Below are positions 53,731-64,000 of a stretch of 64,000 nt of DNA, one piece after another. Position numbers and translations under genes: made by a program. This DNA comes from Magallana gigas (taxonomy: Eukaryota). Positions within the stretch are counted from its first letter, which is position 1. Each line of letters starts with the position of its first letter. The stretch is taken from contig NC_088855.1 of assembly GCF_963853765.1 (NCBI RefSeq), positions 35,650,001 to 35,714,000 of the forward strand, written 5' to 3'. The notes beneath the pieces were generated by a model. The model saw only the letters and a list, made by a program, of their open reading frames with translations. It was not told where the DNA came from and ran no database searches.

Positions 53731-53954
53731 GCTGATTATTCTTTGTAAGAAAACATATACGAATCTATACAATCTTTGTAAAATATGTGTCAAATTGTGA
53801 AACAATCTTCTTCTTCACCGGAAGTTGTGTTATTGTATACTTTTCATAACTTCTCCACGTTGAAGAGCTCCACTTAACTTACACGACAACTTCCCTTTTT
53901 CATTCTCTTCATTCTTATTCTGAATAGTTTTGGGAAAGAAGTTTTGACTTCAGC
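53731..53954. promoter_or_regulatory. Bidirectional promoter shared by XRN1 and SPCS1
   Basis: Only 224 nt separate the divergent ATGs. Consensus ETS/GABP site ACCGGAAGT at 53817-53825. Locally CpG-rich. Confidence 0.8.
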
Positions 53955-54699
53955 ATGGACTTAATGCAGTTTCTACCTGAATCGTTTAAGAAGATTCCAT
54001 GCCACATGGTAGCGTTATAACGTTTATTCAATTTTAAATATTCTAATGTAAATGTCCTCCATATGTTAGCGTTTGAATTTCCTCGTAACAAGATTAACTT
54101 ATCTATTTTACCTTGATGTATAAGACATATTCTATGTATACATACGGTTAAGCAGCATACTGCATGAAACTATTTACAGGACTATGAGGGACAGAAGCGA
54201 GCAGAACAGCTATTTCAAGTCATCATCATTTTATTTGGGGTAAGTTGTGAAAGAGAAAATAATACAAAAAATGTCATTAGAAATTAATGGCTACAAATAA
54301 AGCAGATTTTTAAAGTTAAAATATGTTTAAATCAAAATTAAAATATATATTATTTTCATCATTGCAGGTTGTAGGGTTCATTTGGGGTTACATCTGTCAA
54401 CAGTTCTCACAGACCATGTACATCTTACTTGCTGGATTTGCACTATCATGCATTGTAAGTAAAACTCCAATCTGTAGTTCACAAAGAGAGCTTACTATTG
54501 TTTTTTTCTTAAAATTATTTATTCTATGTATATGTTCAAAATAAAAGAATGTTCCTTTGTTTAGTTGACTCTACCTCCTTGGCCAATGTTCAGACGAAAA
54601 CCCCTCCAGTGGCAGAAAGAAAGGCCAGAACCATCATCAGATCAAAAGGAGGCCAGTACTCCATCCCAGACTTCTCAGAAGTCAAAGAAAAAGAAGTAA
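53955..54699 (+). CDS. SPCS1: Signal peptidase complex subunit 1 (SPC12), 111 aa
   Basis: Exons 53955-54008, 54180-54239, 54368-54454 and 54565-54699. [29 protein letters not shown]...LTLPPWPMFRRKPLQW is the SPC12 signature. AATAAA at 55087. Confidence 0.95.
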
Positions 54700-57600
54700 A
54701 CTTGGACCAAAATCAATAGGTGTTGGTGTTGTTATGACGTGATATAATATTTGTGTATGTGAATCTGAGGTGACTGCAACTGTGTGAGGATTTTCAAGAC
54801 TATTCAACATCATTCTGCAACACGTTTAGTGTGCTGCAATTGATTATCTCATTTCAGAAAAAATCTCATCCCCTTTTATCTACTTTTAAATATTAATAAT
54901 GCAAATTGTCATTGAATCTGAAGATCATAATCACTGATGCATTTTAGGTAAAGAAATCATGGAGTCATTTGAATTCACTTCTTGAAATATATAGTGCAAT
55001 AGTTATACATGTACTATAAGGCTTTTTACATGTGAATACATGTATTTGTATATGAGAATGTTGACACTTGTCATTAAAGATATAAAAATAAATGTCTGAA
55101 TATGTAATTCTTTCTTTTGATTTTTATCTTTTCAACATCAACAGTGGATTCTCAGTGGCAAAATTTATTATTTTAAATACCACCAAACAAGCAAATAAGA
55201 GACAGTTGTAAGACATATTAGCTATTTTTTATATAAAGTCATGAAGGTAGGGGATTTCTGTCAACTTAGCTAGAAATTAAATTTTTTTATTACCCAGTAT
55301 TCCTGATGGAGAATATTTGAACATTATGACAAGTACCATTGGTACATGATCTGTTTATATATGTGAAACTTGATCTACTGGTAGTTACTAATTCTTTAAA
55401 ATGAATAGATAGATTCTAAATCCATGCAAAAGATCTTCCAAGTTATGTAACAAAGATGCCTAACGAGAGTGAAAATTTGTTTTGGAACTAAATAAGGTTG
55501 TGTCTTTAAATGCATGAATATACAAGTACACGCATGTAAAAATCTTAATCAATGAGCTTACATATGCTCCTCTTCAAACATTAAAAAAGAACAAACAATA
55601 AAGACCTTTTAACCATTTTTTATTAACAAAAAACAGTAACTATCAAATTTATTAAGAACCTGTCTTGTGTATAGGCAGTATATAATTCAATCAATGACAA
55701 ACCATCTATTAATATGAAACCTTGAAGTTTGTTTGGTTGTGATTTTTAGAATTAAGATTAACTAGACCAATACAATGTACCATAGTTTAAATAGCAAATA
55801 GAACATTTTTTAGTCATACTTAATTCAAAGGAAATTCAATTTTTCCAACCAAAAAAAAAGATGAAGAAACAACTGACTAGTATCAAGGTATTCTGACAAA
55901 CAAAAATACATAAAATGTAGCTTGATCATTGCACATTAGATTTGAATTGTTTAAACTATACATTAATCTAATTGAAAATCAATCTTTATTGGTCAAAATC
56001 GGTGAATCACAAAATGCATATTTACTCTGATGCTATGATATCAAAACTAAGTGTGTAAAGTCTGAAAAAACTTCATGTACATGTAACTTATCACATCCAC
56101 ACAAAAATCATGCATTCATTTATTTCCTCTCAAAAAAATTATATGTCTTCTTTTTCTCATAAAATGGCCATGCCTGTACACTTTTCAGTTACATCATTTT
56201 CTTATGGATTTTAGGGATTTATGGAACACCTCAGTGCTTTCCTTCCAAAGAAACGATATAAAAATTTGAGTTCAAACACTTTTACAGCTTATACATGTAA
56301 GCTTTAACTTCTGATCTCATAGTTACATGTTTAAAACCTGCTTGGCGGTTTTACTTTTTTTTACATAAAAAAAAAATGATTTTTGAAATGAGTTTTCTTA
56401 ATGCACATTATTGTACAAATTTACAATTTAATTATTCGCTCAACCACCTTGATATCTAAAGGTGTCCAATACCACCTTAAAATTCTTTACTACACAAGGA
56501 GCCATAGATAGCATTATACTGCTAGATAAAGAAATCAAGAAATAGAGAAACACAGACTGTTCAAACATATTTACAAATGTAGCAACCTTTAATTTATCAG
56601 AAATCTTCTGAATCAAATACAATCATTCTTTGCTTCACAAACAATAAAAAAAATTGGTACCGTACATGCCGTCTTAAAATGTCTATATATATCATGCATT
56701 TTCCATATACTCTGTAGTATAAATATATGCATTGCGACGATAAAAAAATAAGGAGATGATCAAGGATCTGATTTTTAATCAGACTGATTTACATTTCAGA
56801 TTGTTATGTAACTAAGATTAAATTAATTTATATGTACAACGTAATGAATATTATAATTATAGTGAATTCAAATTCAACTAAAACTCAAAAGCAATGGTAT
56901 ACATGAATATTTATATGGTATGTAGAACATGTATTTTTAATTTTAGGTGAAATCGCTAGATAACAACAATTATTTAAATTTACATTCACAAGTATACTGC
57001 TATCATTCAACAAATCTTACCATCATGAATTAATTTATATAAAATCAATTTGCAAACTGTAAAACTTTTGATGCAACAGATGCAATTTAAGCACTAAATT
57101 ACACTACACTTCAATCATCAATTTAAACCTTTCATGTACATTTAGTGTATATATGTATATGGTATATGTTTTCATTACCAATAAATATATATACTATTTC
57201 TACAATACCTGATTCTATCAAATTTTAACAAAGGTTCTGGGTTACTATATGTAAACTTGGAGAGAGGTTTGAACTGGGAACCACTGAATACATCGTCTTG
57301 TTGAAGTATGACAAATATAGAATTTTATTTACAATTATTTTAGCAGTAAATAACCCTAATCATTGAAAATGTTAATACACAGTATGAGAAACATAATTTT
57401 TTTCAGCTTGTGGGGTAGTAGAATGGTATTCAACAAATATGAACAACTGTAGTTAATTAATTTTTGATCAAAATTTTTTTCTACACCTACACTATCTATA
57501 TTATATAAAATATAAGCATTTACGTGTACTCATAATGAATGGAGTACAGTACCGGGTATTTCCTTTTTTTCTACAAGAAGTTTTTAAGAATTTTAACATC

Positions 57601-58505
57601 TTTATGTTTTACTATAAAATTGTTGTCAAACATAGTACATGTACCGGTAAATAATGGAATATATAAATTTGCAAAGTTGCTTTTTGACCTCGCATGCAGA
57701 CTTGCTTTGGCTATCATATACAATCATGTATTTGAACATATTTCACAGTCTAACAATAACTATTGCACCATATCAATCCCATTCAAACCATAAACATAAG
57801 ACATTTCTTGCAATGAATAAATACTCATCCAAACTCAGGCATGCATTGGACTCCCTGAAAATAAAAAAAAAAATAAAAATGTTAAGCTCCCGAAGAAGAC
57901 CATGCTGTCATGCAAAATTAAAGTACAAAAGGTTGCTTTTAATGAAAAAGGGAAGTAATCATTGTACAGGTAAATTAGAAATGAAGTATTTATGATCAAG
58001 AATATTGCATACATGCAAACGAATACCAGTAAATGAAATTCGAAAATCAGAACTCCTTTGCAAAAACTAAATAGCTAGAGTATGGTATGCACCAAATCAG
58101 TTTCAAAGGGTAATCTCAGATGCATTGGTTTTATTGCCAGTTTTACATAAATTTTTGAAAACTGTTCAAGATCACTTCACACCATGTATCCAAGGGCACT
58201 TTATGGGGGAAATTGTAGCCCAGCTGAACATAGGGAAGAAAAATGTGCCACCTCGAACAGGATTTTAAAGAGAGGTTTTCTAACCTTCACCTTTGAGTAA
58301 GAAAATTGGTTCAAGGTCATTTGCACATCTCATTATGTGTGACACACAAACAAAACTTAATATACACTGCTATTTGGCATTGTATTCAAAATATTTGAAC
58401 AGCCATGCTTCTTTCAACAAATACCTCACAGAGAAACCTCTTAATGTTCAAGATAATACGACCCATTGCATTTTATCCCAAATAATTGTCTAAAATTCAG
58501 CACAC

Positions 58506-60228
58506 CTATACATACATATACATGTATAAACATGTCAGAATGAATGACAAATGTTGGGACAATACATGCGAACTAGTCTTAGATAATGAAACCATATGGG
58601 GCATTGGGCTGGTCATATTACCTGGTATCGTAGACTTTTTCTCCTCTAGAATTCCAAACAATTTTTCTTTTGTTTTGTACCTTGATTCATCATAATCAAA
58701 AACTTGTCCGAGAATTATATTTAAAGCAGCCACATCATATTTGTGGCAGCCCCTGTACAGATATAAAGGTTTCCTGTCTGTGCACCCCGTGTTTGAGGCT
58801 CCTACAGGGTTTATACAGTCAGATGACAGCGCACATTTCACCCAAGGAAGCATCACTTTATTGTGCAGATTTTCACTGTTGTGCAGAATCAATTGGTTAG
58901 TATAGGCTGTCTCTAAGAAATAATACTGTTCTGCCGAAGCTTTGAAGTATTTATACATTTTATCGTACGTTATGGTTGAGACAGGATCTTTACTTGTCCA
59001 TGCGATGATTCCAGTTTCCTGTGCTCTCCTCAGTAGAGGTTTAATATCACCAGATATAAAACTGTAACCTGAAGGCTCAACCCATATCACAGTGCCATTA
59101 TCATTCAACAGTTTCTGAAAAATAAAATATATATATTCATAAACTAGTATTTTAACATCCATGCAAAAATAAAACATGTACTTTACATATACTTGTTATT
59201 GTACCGGTATATAAAAACAGATTTTTTTCACAAAACTACCATAAAAAGGTATACAAATATGTGAAAAATTATGATACAGTGAGTGAAAAAAAATGATTCA
59301 GTACAATACTTGTATTGTAAATAATTCATCTTCTTAAAAGGTTTAGTATCTGTGGTAATATCACAGATACTAAACCTTTTAAGAATATCTCACCTGTATG
59401 AGAATGGGTCTGTAGCTTGGAACAGAGAGATCTCGGAGATGAGATGGATATTCATCAAACTCAAACATTTTTAATGTACAGGATGAAGTCTTGTTGCAAT
59501 GAATACTCAACTGTTCAGAAAATAAAAAATACCATAATTATGCAAAATAGTCTCTTACTAATTTTTCAATGTATTTTAACGAAGCATACAATAGGAACTA
59601 ATGTTGCATGCATTTTTACACATATTTTTAACAAACTGTAAATAACCTTTTGTTTTTAAATATCTTTTTTTATAAATACAAAAGCCTAGGTATATTAATA
59701 AAATGTAAAGTTCCTTGTTCCCTTGCATACCTGTAAATGTTTCTGATAACTTATGCCAAGATCAAAAATGACAACAGGAACATCTGGTAGAAATTTGCTG
59801 GCTGACTTGACAAGAATTAGCGTTTTATCAAAAGATTTAGGAAGAGCTGGAATAGCAATGACAGGTCTGTTAATTGTTGCTTTAATCCTCTTCAATTCTT
59901 CCTCACTGTACTTCATCACCATCTCTGGGTCAGTTGGGTCAACATCAAATCCTAGCTTTCCGAGTAATTTTAAATCCACATGAAAATTTTCTTGGCTTGA
60001 GCTTCGAATGTTGCTGGGGATATTCTTGAAATTGTTGATCTGTTTATGGGTTTGTGCAACAATTGTGTTGAAATTAGGAGTGGGATTACTTAGCAACCAT
60101 AAGGACATTGATGTTGCTGCCAAGAAGGCTAGCATAATATAAAAGTTTTTGGTTTTCATCTGTTCCCTCAGACTAATGCTTTTCCACTTTTGGCACAGGT
60201 TCTGGAGAGCACTTAACAATTCTTGCAT
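58506..60228 (-). CDS. DUF1647-like type II membrane protein (putative glycosyltransferase-like), ~350-407 aa depending on start and 3' end
   Basis: Exons 59731-60228, 59394-59510 and 58506-59114; alternatively splicing from 58622 to 57835-57854. Signal anchor FYIMLAFLAATSMSLWLL. VVIFDLG, YRPILIQ and PWVKCAL..DCINP.G...GC........GCHKYDVAALNIILG resemble DUF1647 as I recall it. Probable start is MKTKNF at 60159 or 60228. Confidence 0.75.
59331..59385. repeat. Perfect 24-bp hairpin; inner 41 bp flanked by TTAA
   Basis: TTCTTAAAAGGTTTAGTATCTGTG-gtaatat-CACAGATACTAAACCTTTTAAGAA. Confidence 0.95.
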
Positions 60229-61773
60229 TACATGGATTCTGTGTTAGCCATAAATATAGAGACGGTGAGGAATGACAAAATGACTGCCCATTTCTCCATA
60301 TATACTGGATAGATTCTGGATATCTTACATTTTTGAAAATCTGCAAAGAAATAAGCCTGACTGTTTAATTATACATGTATCAACAGTGTAAAAAAAACAT
60401 GCACATGTGTCACTACACAATCAAAAGATTGTACACAAGGTGGAATATAGTTATTGATTAAGCTAGTCCGAAATATGTGACATTTTCATGGCTTTTTTAA
60501 TGATTTTTATGTGTCAATGACATGCCAGGAAAATGTCAGAACCAGTGCCATTACTAAAATTGGAAATTGCATCGAGGCGGCATTCTTGGCTCAATTTTAA
60601 ATATTTATGGGTTGAATCAAATTTTTCACTCACAGCTACATGTAGTTAATAAAACCACGATTTTACTGCCCACTAATATCACTTTACTGGGTCCTTACAT
60701 CCCATAAACAGACTGTGGAACACATTCTAACAAACTGTTGTGATTTTGTGCATTTTTGAATTCTTGCGAGAAAATAGGTCAACAACATTACTGCTTATCA
60801 GTGTGATTATCAAAATGTGCAATAAAATTACTGTGGAAACATTAAATTTTGTGGGGGCCAATTTTCATGGATGGTTTAAAATTTACAGGTTCTTGGGGAC
60901 GTAATTTCGTGTATTCTTATATATATATATCTGCAAAAGGGAATATGACGTTATTACAATGATTTTTCAATTAGTGGAGGATGTTATTTCCTGAATGAGA
61001 GGTACACATATCATTGAGTTTAAATATGTAGCTATTTAAAATTTAGCCCTAACTATGCCGCTTCCAGTCTGAGACGGTGAATTTCCAGCTTTCATAAAGG
61101 CACAGGTTCTAATGTTTTCCTGCCATATACAATATCCATTCGTTAAAAAAGCCAGGAAAACATAAGAAATTTTTTTATTAGCTCTAGGTTTAACGGTATT
61201 CTCTTTTGAGAGGTGGACAGGCATAGCCAGCTTCAATGGATGAAGACTATGTCTATCTACTTCTCCACAGACCTCACTGTATCATCGTAAACAAATCAAC
61301 CTTGGTTGTTTAAAAATCATCATTTCAATTCTTTTAGCAATAAGGTTTAACGAAGATATACTTGTTTCCTATCATATCGCGGGTTCTATGGTATCGCGGT
61401 ATTTCTGTTTACGTATGGTAGCACGCTGAAATATTGACATTTGTCGTCGGGATATTTTTAGACATAGTAAACAGAGGTACGCTGAACATCATTGAGGTAT
61501 ATAATAGAGGAAATTCACAATAATATTAGTTTCTGGAAATATTTCAGTATTGATAGATTTTTCGTCAAAATGATTTAACTACCGCGATATCATAAGGTCT
61601 GCTCATAATATTTGTTTTTTATGTCTCTGAGTGCAATAAATAATTATAGTGTTATTTGACTCTATCAAATGTTCTATTTCTTAACATTTCTAATTTCAAG
61701 GAAGGTATTGTTATAATGTTCAAAATATCTATGCATACATATAAAAAAACTAAAACAAATCTTACAGTTTTAC

Positions 61774-61907
61774 CTCGCAAAAATATCAACATTAATCGCA
61801 GATCCTCCGTCGTCTGAAACCGGATGTATGGTTTTAACAGTAAAGATTAAAAAGTCCCGACCGGAAAATCCCGATGGTCTAAGCAGACGATACCATAAAC
61901 AGATTGA
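61774..61907. promoter_or_regulatory. Bidirectional promoter and non-coding first exons for the DUF1647-like gene and CNTD1
   Basis: Minus-strand donor GAG|GTAAAA at 61774 and plus-strand donor TGA|GTAAGT at 61907. ETS-like ACCGGATGT (61819) and ACCGGAAAAT (61860). CpG-rich. Matching acceptors at 60341 (-) and 62039 (+). Confidence 0.6.
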
Positions 61908-62041
61908 GTAAGTCATCTATATATTAGGCCTACATTAAATACAACATACACACTGTCTGCTCTGATGAATTTTTTATTCACATGTCACTTAAAACAATAA
62001 ACCGAAGCTAATCCATTGCAGTTTTTACTCCTTTTTCAGCG

Positions 62042-62762
62042 ATGGAGAGAGATATATTTGCGTCTCCAATTGAACCTCTTTTTAATCATGAATTTGCAAT
62101 GGAAACGGAAATTTTACAAGATTGGCTGATAAATTTGGCGAAGAAAAATACTTTGTTTATCAACCAAGCACATTCAAAACAGGTATGTTGATTTAAAAAA
62201 TACACAGCTGACAGCTTTTCATTAGGCCTAGTGGGGAGCTGTCGAATGGATCCTAAAGAGCTGTGGACTGTTAGACCAGTTCAATTCTGGCGTCAGATGT
62301 AGCTCAGTTGATAGAGCATCAGCTGACAGTGACTTACCAAATACAGCAAAACACAAGGTTGAATGTTTCAGAGTATCAAAAATCTTAGCTGTGTAATTTG
62401 AATTGGTCTTGATACGTACTCTACTATAAACTGAAGTCCAGCACAAGGATCAGAACACAAAATTTGGCCATTTTCATATTGTTTTTTACATTCAGAGTTC
62501 TACTGTATTTGTTACATGTACATGTACATGTAGACCTGGTATTTAGATGATACTTAAGATCAATCGAGTTCTGATTTTATTGCTGTACAAGAGATTTATG
62601 CTTATTAAGTTAATATTAACACTGAATGTCCAAATTATGCTACTTTGAATTTTTTAAGGGATTGTTTAAGCAACTAAATGCTGTGGAAACCATTATGTAT
62701 GCAGCTGAAAAGCTGAAGATAGCCCTGGAGGCAAAATATCTGGCCATTGAGCTTTTTGACAG
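62042..62762 (+). CDS. CNTD1: Cyclin N-terminal domain-containing protein 1 (COSA-1 ortholog), 5' part; continues past the window
   Basis: Exons 62042-62182 and 62659-62762 give ...ETEILQDWLINLAKKN...KQGLFKQLNAVETIMYAAEKLKIALEAKYLAIELFDR. This parallels human CNTD1 (ETIEDALLHLAQQN...GRFREPQIVEFVFLLSEQW...SYQAVEILER) as I recall it. Confidence 0.78.
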
Positions 62763-62809
62763 GTAAGCAAGAATAGTAATAACTTTGTATAAATTATACA
62801 GAAATATAA

Positions 62810-63430
62810 TTATGGAAAATCCTTGTCTGTAGTATATCTTCTCACCCAATATTTTGGGTGAAAATATTAAAATTAAATATGCTGTGGGTGAGTCCAATCT
62901 GGCTCACCCACAGAGTGCCATTGGTCAAAGGGTGGTCAAAGGGTGGTCAAAGGGTGTGCAGTGACATTGAATGAAGTTTGAAGGTTAAGGGTCAAGGTCA
63001 TATTGGATCGTGCAAAAATTCTTTTTTTCAGAGCATATATACTTTCCACTTGGCCCTATTTGGTTCATACTTTACATAAACAGAGCTTTTGAGTAAAGGG
63101 TGTGCAGTGATCTTGAACCAAGTTTCAAGGTCAAATGTGAAGGTCAGAGCAGAACTATAAGAAAAATCCTTGTCTGGAGCATATCTTTTCTCCTTTTCAG
63201 GGGCTTTGGTATAATCTAGTCCATACTTCAGTCACAGAGTACACATGATCAAAGGTTGTGCAGTGACCTTGAATGTTGTTGTAGGTCAAGTGTCAAGGTC
63301 ATATTGGATCACGCTACATTCTTTTTTTAGAGCATATATATTGCTCTTCACTTGGCCCTATTTGGCTCCTTCTAACATTAACAGAGTTTGGGGGTTAAGG
63401 GTGTGCAGTGACTTTATGAAGGTCATAGCA
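62810..63430. repeat. Tandem ~150-bp satellite-like array with dimeric higher-order structure, in a CNTD1 intron
   Basis: GG(G/T)TGTGCAGTGA at 62952, 63098, 63254 and 63399 (spacings 146, 156, 145). Units 1 and 3 share GTCAAGGTCATATTGGATC and CACTTGGCCCTATTTGG. Confidence 0.85.
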
Positions 63431-64000
63431 AATCTTTTTAAAATCAGTTTTAGACCTTAGATTTTTTCCCATTTGCTTAATCTTAATTCCTCAGGTTGAA
63501 CAAAAATATACCTGTATGTAAGGGGTAATGAGACTGGATTAAAAGTTTTATGCCAGCTGGAAAATTTATAAGTTATAGTTTAAGGTCAAAGCAAAATTCT
63601 CTGAAATGCTTTTCATTCTAATGTCCATTATTGGGGTATTAAAGTGGGGCCCTTTGAGATGGTCACCATTTCCGTGTTGTCTAATTACGGGATCCTTACA
63701 TTTTAAAATTATGTATTGATTATTTTAAAAGTTTTCGGGGTTTATGAAAAAATGATCAATCATAATTTTCATTGATAAATACCCTTAGTAATAGAATAGC
63801 ATTATAAGTTAAAACTAATGATGGTTTATGGAGTTTTCTTTTTTTTACATCAAATATACCGGAACATGTTACTGGTAAATATCAGGGTTTTTTCAGGTTT
63901 TTGTACAATCACATTCGGGATTTGCGGGATCATGTCTTAAAATTACCAAAGAAAAAGCAAATGAAAGAATGGCAAAAGATCCAGGAAGGGGTGTCAAACC

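Noticed and set aside
37022-54699. XRN1 and SPCS1 are both flavivirus host factors in mammals
   Set aside because: Nothing in the sequence links them to antiviral function; both are housekeeping genes, so the link is probably coincidental.
53955-60228. SPCS1 beside a glycosyltransferase-like gene, echoing human GLT8D1-SPCS1
   Set aside because: Different family and tail-to-tail rather than head-to-head orientation, so not conserved synteny.
62221-62330. tRNA-like pieces (GGCCTAGTGG, CCAG-TTCAATT-CTGG, GTAGCTCAGTTGATAGAGCA)
   Set aside because: I could not fold an acceptor stem and anticodon arm, and the boxes are out of order. At most a decayed SINE or tRNA fragment; tRNAscan-SE would settle it.

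Overview
AT-rich eukaryotic genomic DNA with GT-AG multi-exon genes. The repeat content points to a bivalve, most likely an oyster (Crassostrea/Magallana); this is inference from Helentron/HINE terminal boxes, a bivalve-type SINE and TACATGTA-rich introns. I assembled all gene models by hand, checking splice sites and frame continuity. Left to right: (1) two tandem minus-strand paralogs of an uncharacterised secreted protein built from ~100-aa Cys-rich modules (gene A is cut off by the left edge; gene B is complete, 12 coding exons, 793 aa, with a GPI-type C-terminus); (2) a repeat-rich intergenic zone with a candidate 50-aa membrane microprotein; (3) CCDC150 (+, 20 coding exons, 1060 aa); (4) XRN1 (-, 37 coding exons, 1857 aa), convergent with CCDC150; (5) SPCS1 (+, 111 aa), head-to-head with XRN1, start codons 224 nt apart; (6) a DUF1647-like type II membrane protein (-) with a uORF-rich leader; (7) the 5' part of CNTD1 (+), head-to-head with (6). 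The best leads are the Cys-module protein family, a set of TA-xx-xx-TA palindromes that look like Tc1/mariner excision footprints, the unannotated microprotein, a TAATG stop-start uORF, and very compact bidirectional promoters. Comparisons with human proteins are from memory, not from database searches.
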